Both the position numbers and the translations under genes were made by a program. The notes beneath the pieces are model-generated. The model searched no databases. It saw only the letters and a program-made list of their open reading frames with translations, and was not told the DNA's origin. Shown one piece after another: positions 46,315 to 54,812 of a stretch of 64,000 bases of DNA. Position 1 is the first letter of the stretch; each line of letters opens with the position of its first letter. The DNA comes from Bacteroidota bacterium (GTDB lineage Bacteria; Bacteroidota; Ignavibacteria; UBA10030). Location: contig JBBDYD010000137.1 of assembly GCA_040901865.1 (NCBI GenBank), positions 13,089 through 77,088 on the forward strand. The letters are read 5' to 3'.

Positions 46315-47793
46315 TCAAAGCCCTTCGATCTCCGGCTGGCGGTACCGAAAGAGACGAAAGAGCAATCGTAGTTCCAGGGGATATGAATACATCTCGGCAT
46401 TGTACCTCCATCGCGTGACAAGGCGCAGCAACTCCCGCCTCTTCTCCGTAAGCCGAATATCTGTCACGGTCGGAAAGAACCCATTGAGGACACGCTCGAA
46501 ATTCTTGAACGTTGCGTAATGCCGGGGCTTCAGCCAGGGAATAACGGGAGTTTTCCTCAGATCAAAATCGTGCCATTTCGGATCGAGCCACTCGTCCAGT
46601 GTTTGCGGGAAACGGAATCCATATTGGCCGGCGAGCCGGAAAAGTTCGGATTCATCAAAAACCACCGGAGCGTACATATACATGATAATCTCCGCCCGCG
46701 GATTTATTTCTTTGATCTTCCGTATGAATCGGATATTCCGGTCAAAGTCCCTGTCAACGTCGTCGCTTGGGCTTCCAAAAACAAAGGAGAATTCCGGGAT
46801 AATGTTGAAACGCTTCAGCCTCTCGGCAAGCAAGAGGACTGTGTCAGGTGTCTGCGTTCCCCCCTTGTTCATTTGCTTCAGTGTATCTTCGGAAGCAGAC
46901 TCGGCGCCAAAGAAGATCATTTTCGATCCGCCCCGAGCCATCAAGTCAAGTGTCTCGTCCGAATAATCTAAAACCGTGTCCGGACGCCCTTCGCCCCACC
47001 AGGCGAGATTGCGGCCGATCAGCTTCGTGGCAACCTCATGTGTCCGCTTTTCGGATGTGAAGAAATTCTCGTCGAAAAACTCCACCGCATTGATCTGATA
47101 CCGACGCTTAAGTTCATCCAGGTCATTCACAATCGATTCTGCAGATTTTGGCAGCCAGCGTGCCTGATACACACTGGCGATTGCACAGAAACCGCAGAGG
47201 AACGGACACCCAAAACTCGAATAGTATGCCGCTGTCCTGGTGCCTAGTGAGGATTTCCCAATATAGCGTTCTCCCTCCACCTTGTCGTAGGGAAGCGGGG
47301 GGAGGAGATTCGGATCGCTTGGACTCCTCAAAGGATTCTGGATTACCTGTCCGTTTCTGCGGAACGAGAGCCCGGGAATTTCGCCGAGGCCCACTCGGCT
47401 ATTGTTCTCGAGCGTATCGATGAGTTCTACAAACGTCTTGTCGCCCTGTCCTCTGACAACATAGTCCACATATCCCGAGGTAAGGACAGTGCCGGCATGG
47501 AGAGTGGAAAAATATCCGCCCCAAATGATGGTAAGGTCGGGGAACCGCTGTTTGAGCCCACGGGAAATCGGAATGGCCTGCATCAATTGAGGCCCTGGCA
47601 TCACCGTAAGACCGAGATACTTGATCTCCCCGCGAGCAACGAGGGCCTCAAGATCTTTCAGGATATGCGGAACTAGGTTCTGGTCAAGGATCCTATAGGG
47701 ATACCTGCCCTCGAGAGCGGTCGCCACGAACATGAGCGAAAGCGGAAAGCGATGTTTCCAGCGGGCGCTTGTGGGATTGAGAAGAGCAATCAT
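46315..47793 (-). CDS. Class-B (B12-binding domain) radical SAM protein, copy 2
   Basis: N-terminal Rossmann-like region (FPLSLMFVATAL, VDYVVRGQGDKTFVELI) followed by FGCPFLCGFCAIAS (CX3CX2C). Confidence 0.8.
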   Translation of the reverse strand: MIALLNPTSARWKHRFPLSLMFVATALEGRYPYRILDQNLVPHILKDLEALVARGEIKYLGLTVMPGPQLMQAIPISRGLKQRFPDLTIIWGGYFSTLHAGTVLTSGYVDYVVRGQGDKTFVELIDTLENNSRVGLGEIPGLSFRRNGQVIQNPLRSPSDPNLLPPLPYDKVEGERYIGKSSLGTRTAAYYSSFGCPFLCGFCAIASVYQARWLPKSAESIVNDLDELKRRYQINAVEFFDENFFTSEKRTHEVATKLIGRNLAWWGEGRPDTVLDYSDETLDLMARGGSKMIFFGAESASEDTLKQMNKGGTQTPDTVLLLAERLKRFNIIPEFSFVFGSPSDDVDRDFDRNIRFIRKIKEINPRAEIIMYMYAPVVFDESELFRLAGQYGFRFPQTLDEWLDPKWHDFDLRKTPVIPWLKPRHYATFKNFERVLNGFFPTVTDIRLTEKRRELLRLVTRWRYNAEMYSYPLELRLLFRLFRYRQPEIEGL

Positions 47794-48656
47794 GTGGATT
47801 TGTTTTCTGCGGGACCAATTAAAGACCGAAGAGCCTCATCAACACCGATGAGGGCTTCATTGGAAGCAACAAGCCGCCGCAGGATGTCAAGTTCCAGAAC
47901 TGAATCATGGCCGAGACCGCCCGGGGAGATGCTCGATGTTCCGTCGCGGTTCCCCAAGGGGTGAAGTTCCGGACCGTTGGTTGAGAGATGGCCGCCGCCG
48001 TGGTAAAACGTCATACCGGTAACATTAACGTGTTCTGGCATGAATCCGAGGACATCGACCAGAGCAATGAACCCGGTCCTTCCCCAATTGCCATTCAGCC
48101 ATTTGATCAAGAGGGTGCTTGCGGTCGTGACAACGCGGAACCGTGTCTCTGGCACTTCGGCGGCAAGGAACCCGGCGAAGTTCTTGAGAACATCTCTGTC
48201 TTTCACTTCGCAGCGCGTTGCGGGATCTCCGTTCGGAGCATAGCTCAAACTGTTATTCGTGCAAACGACGCACTTCAATTTCGCTTTTCGGACAAAGTCG
48301 GTAAAACGGCGTCTGGCGAATCCACCCTCGAGGATGTTCTTACGAATGATGACCTGATTGCAGTACAGGACATCCGTCCGCGAGCCGATGTCAGCGGAAA
48401 GCGGCTTGGAATCTCTGAAATACTCAAACGCGTCATTGAAGCGGACAACGAGATCGTGCGAATCGATCCATTTCCCACGGCTCGCTCCGATTAGTGTTCG
48501 AGCAGGTCCGACGACCGCCACGCGTTTCTTCGCAAGGAGGCCTGTAAACGCCGGATCACGGTCCCAGGCCAACCGCCCGTCACGGATCATCTGCAATTCC
48601 AGGTCGGGAATAGCAGAGGGCCTGTGAGCATTCTGAGATACCGCCGAATGATTCAT
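47790..48656 (-). CDS. GT29 (eukaryote-type sialyltransferase)-like protein
   Basis: RVAVVGPARTLIGASRGKWIDSHDLVVRFNDA...DIGSRTDVLYCN resembles sialyl motif L. RTGFIALVDVLGFMPEHVNVTGMTFY resembles motif S. HDSVLE fits motif VS (H-x4-E). Recognised from memory of the consensus only. Confidence 0.5.
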   Translation of the reverse strand: MNHSAVSQNAHRPSAIPDLELQMIRDGRLAWDRDPAFTGLLAKKRVAVVGPARTLIGASRGKWIDSHDLVVRFNDAFEYFRDSKPLSADIGSRTDVLYCNQVIIRKNILEGGFARRRFTDFVRKAKLKCVVCTNNSLSYAPNGDPATRCEVKDRDVLKNFAGFLAAEVPETRFRVVTTASTLLIKWLNGNWGRTGFIALVDVLGFMPEHVNVTGMTFYHGGGHLSTNGPELHPLGNRDGTSSISPGGLGHDSVLELDILRRLVASNEALIGVDEALRSLIGPAENKST

Positions 48657-49510
48657 TGATGATCCCGGATTGTGACGGCCGTGTGGTTCCTTTGAAGAAG
48701 GACAAGATAATGATCTCCCATCCCGCGCAATAAGGGGAGTTTGCCAACACGAACATCCAGGCCGTCGAGCATTTTGCTTATCCTCGGTAATCGATTCCTG
48801 AAGGCTTGAGCATGCGGGGGAGGGCTGAAGAGGGAAAGTCCCCGAATCATGACCGGATCAAACCAGGGCGAGGCGATTGAGAGCAGTCGTCGGAGGGGAT
48901 GATAATGCACTTCAAATGAGTGTTGGTGGAATCCTGTTGCGCGCACGCCGGATTGAAATCGGCGGAATGCAGACCGGGGGCGCAAACGAGCAAGGCCTGC
49001 GCTGATCTCCCAAAAGCAGGCTCTGGGCATGACGACCCCGAGAAAGTATCCCTTCGGATGTATTGCTCTTGCAACACGAGCGAAAACTGGATCAAGCGAA
49101 TTGGAACAATTCAATCCTCCGAAATTCGAAAGGACAAGGTCAAACGTCCTGCTTCCCAATGAGGACAGGTCTTCAAAAGAGGAGACGAAGAACTCCGTTT
49201 TCAACCCCGGATTCCTGGACGATCGTTTTGCCGCCTGGTCTATCATGCCCGGTGAGACATCGACGCCGGTAATGGAATACCCATCGGCGGCAAGTGCGAG
49301 CGCATCGATGCCGACTCCGCAGTTGATGTCGAGGATTGACGAACCGTGGGGAAGTACGTCACGGATTGATTCATAAACGGTTGTTCGGATTTTCGCCGTG
49401 ACTTCGTTCTCGAACGTCGATTCAAAGATCGGTGCAATTGCACTGAACGCATCGGCAACATCGGTATGCTGGAAATCGGACTCAGGCATGGGTGGGGGAG
49501 GTGCGTTCAA
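48653..49510 (-). CDS. Class-I SAM-dependent methyltransferase
   Basis: Motif I ILDINCGVGIDALALAADG, motif II-like DLVLSNFGGLN; 285 aa. Confidence 0.8.
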   Translation of the reverse strand: MNAPPPPMPESDFQHTDVADAFSAIAPIFESTFENEVTAKIRTTVYESIRDVLPHGSSILDINCGVGIDALALAADGYSITGVDVSPGMIDQAAKRSSRNPGLKTEFFVSSFEDLSSLGSRTFDLVLSNFGGLNCSNSLDPVFARVARAIHPKGYFLGVVMPRACFWEISAGLARLRPRSAFRRFQSGVRATGFHQHSFEVHYHPLRRLLSIASPWFDPVMIRGLSLFSPPPHAQAFRNRLPRISKMLDGLDVRVGKLPLLRGMGDHYLVLLQRNHTAVTIRDHQ

Positions 49511-50969
49511 GCTCCTTCAAGGCCCGTAGGTGATGGGGGAGCGTGATGCCGTGAACCATCATGGAAGCCAGTATTTCGAGAGAACGCCGGTTGACGGAGG
49601 CAGGGCGGACCGAGAGGTCCCGGAGCGTTCTCATGCCCCTCCAAATCCTGAACCGCTTGTGAACCACGGTGTGGAGCACGTGGTAATACTGCCGGCTGAA
49701 CGCGGCCTGAACCATTGGGTCAAAGTCATCACTCGTTTCCCAATTTTGCTTTGCTCCTAATTGGGCTTTGACGCGATCGTAGAATTTCGTTCCAGGAAGC
49801 GGGTACGAGACAGAAATGCCAATTTCATCGGGTTCGAGCCGCCTGACCATGCAAACGGTTTTTTCGATGTCTTCACTGGTTTCACCCGGGTACCCGAACT
49901 GGAGAAAGAAACCAACCCGAATACCGGCATCGCGAAGCATCTCGGTCGCCTGCCCGATTTCCTCGACTGTTGTCCCTTTTTCCATCGCGTCAAGTATCTT
50001 CTGGGATCCGGATTCCGCTCCAACCCAAACCGTCTTGCACCCTGCAGTCTTCAGATGACGGATCGTGTCGTCCCGTAGCAGGAGATCCACGCGTGAGAGA
50101 CACTTGAAGGGTATCGCCGCTCCCTCTCTTTGCACAAGTTCAGCAAATTGTCCAATCCAGCCAGGCTTTAATCCAAATATATCGTCGGTGATCCAGAGGT
50201 GATCGGGATGGATATGGGTTTTAAGGAACTTCATCTCTGCAACGACGTTCTCCGAACTCCGGCTGTTATACACCTGGCCATACAATGGCTTTGAACACCA
50301 ATTACAATGGAAGGGACATCCGCGTGTTGTGGAAATATTGAGGGAAAAATACCCATGCCGCTCTTTCCATATGGCCCGATATCGCTCGATGTCCACCAGA
50401 TCCCAGGCAGGGAAGGGGATCTCGTCAAGGTTCTTTATCGGAGGGCGTCGTGTGGTCAGTACTACCTCGCCTGTTGAATCACGAAACGCCAGGCCTTTGA
50501 TTCCAGATGCATCTGTTCCGGATTTCCGGAGCAACAGCGTGCAGAGTTCTGCCAGAGTCTCCTCTCCTTCACCACAAAGCACATAATCCACGTTACGGGA
50601 AAGATATTTCTCTGCATGATCCGCCGAGTCTGAGCTAAACACAACGACCGTACAGTGTTTCTCCTTTGCATAGAAAGCGAGCTGAAGGGCCGCCTGCCGC
50701 ATTCTGCTCAAACACATCTTTGTCAAATAATTAAAGCAATCATCATAAATCACCACGATGCGTGGTGCCTGCAAGTTCAGGGCCGGAATGATTTCCGATT
50801 CCTGTTCTGAAAGCATCACATCATGGAGACCGACCGAGAATCCCTTGTTCCGGAGGTATGCCGCCGCGGTGATGGTGCCAAGCGGCGGATACGGCATGTG
50901 GGCCCGGAGCTCTTTGGGATCAAAATGGAGGAAGTAGGAATGCGTGAAAAGAATGTCGGTCATGACCAC
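49482..50969 (-). CDS. Class-B (B12-binding domain) radical SAM protein, copy 1
   Basis: YPPLGTITAAAYLRNKGFSV and DYVLCGEGEETLAEL in the N-terminal domain, then TTRGCPFHCNWCSKP (CX3CX2C) and GAESGSQKILD. Confidence 0.85.
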   Translation of the reverse strand: MVMTDILFTHSYFLHFDPKELRAHMPYPPLGTITAAAYLRNKGFSVGLHDVMLSEQESEIIPALNLQAPRIVVIYDDCFNYLTKMCLSRMRQAALQLAFYAKEKHCTVVVFSSDSADHAEKYLSRNVDYVLCGEGEETLAELCTLLLRKSGTDASGIKGLAFRDSTGEVVLTTRRPPIKNLDEIPFPAWDLVDIERYRAIWKERHGYFSLNISTTRGCPFHCNWCSKPLYGQVYNSRSSENVVAEMKFLKTHIHPDHLWITDDIFGLKPGWIGQFAELVQREGAAIPFKCLSRVDLLLRDDTIRHLKTAGCKTVWVGAESGSQKILDAMEKGTTVEEIGQATEMLRDAGIRVGFFLQFGYPGETSEDIEKTVCMVRRLEPDEIGISVSYPLPGTKFYDRVKAQLGAKQNWETSDDFDPMVQAAFSRQYYHVLHTVVHKRFRIWRGMRTLRDLSVRPASVNRRSLEILASMMVHGITLPHHLRALKELERTSPTHA

Positions 50970-51988
50970 TTCTCCGGCGCATCATCAAGTCCGAAGGCAG
51001 CGAGCCGTTTGGAATACTCCTGGAGGATCCGGGAAAGGAAATCACCGGCATAAGCGGTTGAGATCGACTCTTCTGTCCGGAACAGCTTGAGGAGTTTGTC
51101 CTCCGGCAAATGGAGGTAACGCTTTCGCCAGACGGCCCCCCACCATTGCATGAGTCGTTGGTCAAGACGATCTCCGAATGCACCCTTCAGAGGCAGTTCG
51201 AGAAACTTCTGAAAGAGACCTTGCGGTGGCGCCGCGACTCCTTCAGTGGAAACCGAGTGAATGTTGGGATAATATTCGCGGATCCAGGGATTAGAAACAG
51301 CGAGGCGGGAAAAGAAAGGAGCGTTGAACAAGGGTGTAAGCGTTGCAATCTCGAGGGCGATGTATCTGTTCTTTTCGGACACGGAGTAGTAGTCCTCTGC
51401 AATAAAGTGGTTCACGCAGAAAAATTTCTTTTGGTTCAACAAAAAAACTTTTTTGAAAAGGATGAGGATCGTTCGGGTAATCCAAACGCGTTTCGGCGCT
51501 GTCACGACCACAAGGTCGATATCTCCATCTTGAGAGACGACCCCCTTGGAAAGTTCTCCCGAAACCCCAAGTCCTCGGACAAAGGGACATCGTCTGATAA
51601 CCCACGCCATCGCTTTGGCGATTTTCATGAACCATCGCGCGCGCTGTTCGTTTAAACGCCGATCGACGACAGGATTCGTCTCGCTCTGCGAAAGATAATA
51701 CAGTCCCTGGTCCTCTCGCAGGAGTGCGGAAAGGGGTGGGTTCACGCACGCGTGATGAACTTCCGCGAGTGAGGTTGAATTGGAAGGAAGGTAAGTATAG
51801 ATTTCGTTGGAGCTCAGCGGGTAACGAAAAATATCGAAGTAGAGGATGGTCCTCAGCACGTCTCGTTGAAGTGGAGATGGTTCAGACAGCAAGAATGATC
51901 CTGACTCGTTGGCGGTCATTGGCCTATGATGGGAATTCCGGCGTGTGGAGAACCGATGAAAAAATGATACGAAAGAAACGATACGCAC
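50960..51988 (-). CDS. Hypothetical protein with a nucleotidyltransferase-fold (Pol-beta-like) motif
   Basis: GVSGELSKGVVSQDGDIDLVVV fits the G[SG]...DxD minimal NTase pattern. GTG start at 51988, or ATG at 51919 (MTANESG). First gene of the cluster. Confidence 0.4.
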   Translation of the reverse strand: MRIVSFVSFFHRFSTRRNSHHRPMTANESGSFLLSEPSPLQRDVLRTILYFDIFRYPLSSNEIYTYLPSNSTSLAEVHHACVNPPLSALLREDQGLYYLSQSETNPVVDRRLNEQRARWFMKIAKAMAWVIRRCPFVRGLGVSGELSKGVVSQDGDIDLVVVTAPKRVWITRTILILFKKVFLLNQKKFFCVNHFIAEDYYSVSEKNRYIALEIATLTPLFNAPFFSRLAVSNPWIREYYPNIHSVSTEGVAAPPQGLFQKFLELPLKGAFGDRLDQRLMQWWGAVWRKRYLHLPEDKLLKLFRTEESISTAYAGDFLSRILQEYSKRLAAFGLDDAPEKWS

Positions 51989-52029
51989 GCAATGTCAGAG
52001 GCCACCATCGAATGTGCCTGCACTGTTTC

Positions 52030-52058
52030 TTGTAACTCAATGGAGATTTCTCTATATT
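52030..52058 (+). promoter_or_regulatory. Candidate sigma70-like promoter ending 8 nt before the PASTA gene ATG
   Basis: TTGTAA (52030-52035), a 17-nt spacer, then TATATT (52053-52058). ATG is at 52067. Confidence 0.35.
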
Positions 52059-52066
52059 CGTGATGC

Positions 52067-52828
52067 ATGTTGACAATCCCACCAAAAATCCTTTCGTTTG
52101 GCAAACGCGGTCTTATTCTCTTTGGAATTCTATTGATTCTGTTCTTCCTGGTGGACAATATTGTGATGCCGCGGTATGTACAACAAGGGGAAACGACACA
52201 CGTTCCCGAGGTTGTAGGCATGGAGACGGAGGAGGCGTTGAGAATTCTTGCAGAGGCCGGCCTCGAAGGCAAGGAAGCCGAAATGCGGCCTGACAAGAAC
52301 TATCCCGAGGGTACGGTTGCTGCCCAAACGCCGCTTTCCGGGGCTGAAGTCAAGTTTGGTCGTGGAGTGTACCTGACGATCAGCGGGGGTGAGACTCTTG
52401 TGACCGTCCCATCCTTGCGCGGGCGGTCTTTGAGAGACGCCGTTCTCTCACTTGAGCGATTTGGCCTTAAGACAGGCGAGACAAAGTATCAGGTATCTAC
52501 TCAGTTCCCTGAGAATACCGTTATTGACCAATTCCCGGGGCAAGGTGCAAACGTCAAAAGTGGAACGCGGGTCTCGATCACCGTCAGCCAGGGCGCAATC
52601 GCTGATCGCGTTCCTGTTCCGAACGTCACCCGGAGAAGTCTTGGAGAGGCTGAGCGCCTGTTGCTCCAGGCAGGGCTCACGGTGGGTATTATCACCATGC
52701 AAGTGAATAATGATTTTCTCCCGAACACCGTGATCGATCAGTATCCCCGGCAGGGAACGTTTGCCGTTCGGGGAGAAGCGATTCAGTTGTTTGTCACCCA
52801 GCGGGGGGAACAACCCCTGGAGAACTGA
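52067..52828 (+). CDS. Stand-alone PASTA-domain membrane protein (three PASTA repeats, no kinase or PBP domain)
   Basis: N-terminal TM LILFGILLILFFLV. Three repeats begin VPEVVGMETEEALRIL, VPSLRGRSLRDAVLSL and VPNVTRRSLGEAERLL. Confidence 0.8.
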   Translation: MLTIPPKILSFGKRGLILFGILLILFFLVDNIVMPRYVQQGETTHVPEVVGMETEEALRILAEAGLEGKEAEMRPDKNYPEGTVAAQTPLSGAEVKFGRGVYLTISGGETLVTVPSLRGRSLRDAVLSLERFGLKTGETKYQVSTQFPENTVIDQFPGQGANVKSGTRVSITVSQGAIADRVPVPNVTRRSLGEAERLLLQAGLTVGIITMQVNNDFLPNTVIDQYPRQGTFAVRGEAIQLFVTQRGEQPLEN

Positions 52829-52830
52829 GC

Positions 52831-53505
52831 ATGCAGCGTGCAACCATTGCCCCTTCGATTCTCTCGGCCGATTTTGAGCGGCTGGGTGAGCAAATCCGGA
52901 TCATCGAACAGGCCGGGATTCAATCGCTCCATCTCGATGTGATGGACGGCCACTTTGTCCCCAACATCAGTTTTGGTCCGCCGGTGATTAAGTCCATCCG
53001 TAAGAAGACCTCGCTTGTCCTCGACACGCACCTCATGATTACAGACCCGGACCGCTACTTGGAGGCATTTCGGGAGGCTGGCAGTGACATCATCACCGTG
53101 CACCAGGAAGCCTGTACACACCTGCACCGCACCGTTGCACGCATTCACGAACTTGGAGCGAAAGCAGGCGTTGCGGTCAATCCGGCAACTCCGCTGAGTA
53201 CGATCCTGGAAATCCTCCCGGACATTGAGTTACTCCTCGTTATGTCCGTTAATCCAGGATTTGGAGGACAGCAATACATCAAGGGTTCGACGGAAAAGAT
53301 CCGACGCGCTCACGACTTGATTGTGGAATCAGGGAAACAGATCATCCTGGAGGTCGATGGCGGCATTGATCTGCGGACGGCTCCGCAGGCAGTCGAGGCC
53401 GGAGCGGGTGTGCTCGTTGCTGGAACGTCTCTCTTCGGAGCAACAGATCTCAGAAGCGCCATTCATGCCCTCACTCAGAGTTTTTCTTCCAACATTCCCG
53501 CTTGA
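52831..53505 (+). CDS. rpe: Ribulose-phosphate 3-epimerase
   Basis: PSILSADF, HLDVMDGHFVPN, MSVNPGFGGQ motifs. Confidence 0.93.
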   Translation: MQRATIAPSILSADFERLGEQIRIIEQAGIQSLHLDVMDGHFVPNISFGPPVIKSIRKKTSLVLDTHLMITDPDRYLEAFREAGSDIITVHQEACTHLHRTVARIHELGAKAGVAVNPATPLSTILEILPDIELLLVMSVNPGFGGQQYIKGSTEKIRRAHDLIVESGKQIILEVDGGIDLRTAPQAVEAGAGVLVAGTSLFGATDLRSAIHALTQSFSSNIPA

Positions 53506-54674
53506 ATGTGAACCTTGCCTTTGTCAACGCACGCCTTGTAACTCCTTTTCGCATCATCGAGCGCGGCACCCTCGTGACCGACGGTCCGACAATCGCGGAA
53601 GTTGGTTCGTCGGACGAGGTCACAATCCCTCCAGGCACATCGAGGATCGATGTCGGGGGAAACTGGCTCACCCCCGGTTTTGTAGACGTCCTTGTCCATG
53701 GAGGGGGCGGGTACGGATTTGCCGATATGAGCAAGGAGGCGCTCGATACCATATCAGAGTTCTTCTTTCGTCACGGAACCACCGGAATGCTTGCTGCACT
53801 GCACAGTAAGCCCGAGAAGGAAATGATTGCTGATGTTCGGAGAATTTCGGACTTCATTCAGAAGGGTCCAAAGAGTAATATTTGGGGAATTCATCTGGAA
53901 GGACCCTTCATAAACAGTGAGTACCATGGGGCAATGAAAACCGAGTACCTTTGGAAACCCGATCTGCCTGCATGGGATCGATTGTTCGGGGCAAGTAATG
54001 GAACAATTCGCCTTATGACCATTGCGCCCGAACTGCCGGGTGTCGAGGCCATCATGAGGGCAGCGGCACGTCACGGTGTTGTTCTCTCGATCGGCCATTC
54101 CAAGGCCTCGTATCAGGAAGTGCTGAATGCCATCGATAACGGCGCGGCACATGTGACGCACTTGTTCAATGCAATGCCTGTTTTTCACCACAGGAATCCC
54201 GGGGTCGTCGTCGCAGCCCTCCTCCATAACGAGCTGAAAATAGAACTGATAGCCGACGGCATCCATGTGCATCCCGCCGTGATGAAACTCCTTTACAATA
54301 TTAAAGGGGATGGCGGAATTGTCCTCATTACAGATGCAATCCGTGCAAGCGGAATGAAAGATGGTGAATATACCTTTATGGATCAGTCAATAGCCGTCAA
54401 GGATAAACGGGCCTATCTTGCTGACGGGACATTGGCGGGCAGTACCCTGACCATGGAGGAAGCTGTCAGGAACATGGTTCGGCTGGTTGATGTCCCCGTG
54501 ACAAATGCCGTCCGTATGGCTTCGTTTAACGGAGCGAAGGTCCTTGGTCTCTCGCATCGGAAGGGCATTCTGGCGGTGGGGAAGGATGCTGATTTGGTCG
54601 TCATGGATAAGGATTTCAAGGTTCGGATGACCGTCTTCGAAGGAATGGTTCGTTTTTCGTCTCCCGCTGAGTAA
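53502..54674 (+). CDS. nagA: N-acetylglucosamine-6-phosphate deacetylase
   Basis: GFVDVLVHGGGGYGF, HLEGPFIN, THLFNAM motifs. Confidence 0.88.
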   Translation: MNVNLAFVNARLVTPFRIIERGTLVTDGPTIAEVGSSDEVTIPPGTSRIDVGGNWLTPGFVDVLVHGGGGYGFADMSKEALDTISEFFFRHGTTGMLAALHSKPEKEMIADVRRISDFIQKGPKSNIWGIHLEGPFINSEYHGAMKTEYLWKPDLPAWDRLFGASNGTIRLMTIAPELPGVEAIMRAAARHGVVLSIGHSKASYQEVLNAIDNGAAHVTHLFNAMPVFHHRNPGVVVAALLHNELKIELIADGIHVHPAVMKLLYNIKGDGGIVLITDAIRASGMKDGEYTFMDQSIAVKDKRAYLADGTLAGSTLTMEEAVRNMVRLVDVPVTNAVRMASFNGAKVLGLSHRKGILAVGKDADLVVMDKDFKVRMTVFEGMVRFSSPAE

Positions 54675-54812
54675 CTCCCCGACATCCTCATATTTTTTCC
54701 AAAAAACCTCTTGACAGGGCGATCTTTATACCTTACCTTTATAAGGTCAAAAGGATATTCCGCCTTACTTATTTCGTCCCTCGCTGTTTATTTCCTTATT
54801 TAGTGCGCCTTC

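Noticed and set aside
42161-51988. Interpreting the radical-SAM/methyltransferase cluster as a proteusin/polytheonamide-like RiPP locus
   Set aside because: There is no precursor-peptide gene with a recognisable leader (NHLP/Nif11-like or otherwise), no protease or transporter, and no dehydratase. Only a dubious 14-codon ORF is present, so the RiPP reading is unsupported and is kept only as a minor alternative.
54735-54747. Perfect palindrome ACCTT-TAT-AAGGT and nearby TTATTTC repeats upstream of the Lrp/AsnC regulator gene, considered as an autoregulatory operator
   Set aside because: It is short and AT-rich and could arise by chance. No second half-site array or known consensus supports it.
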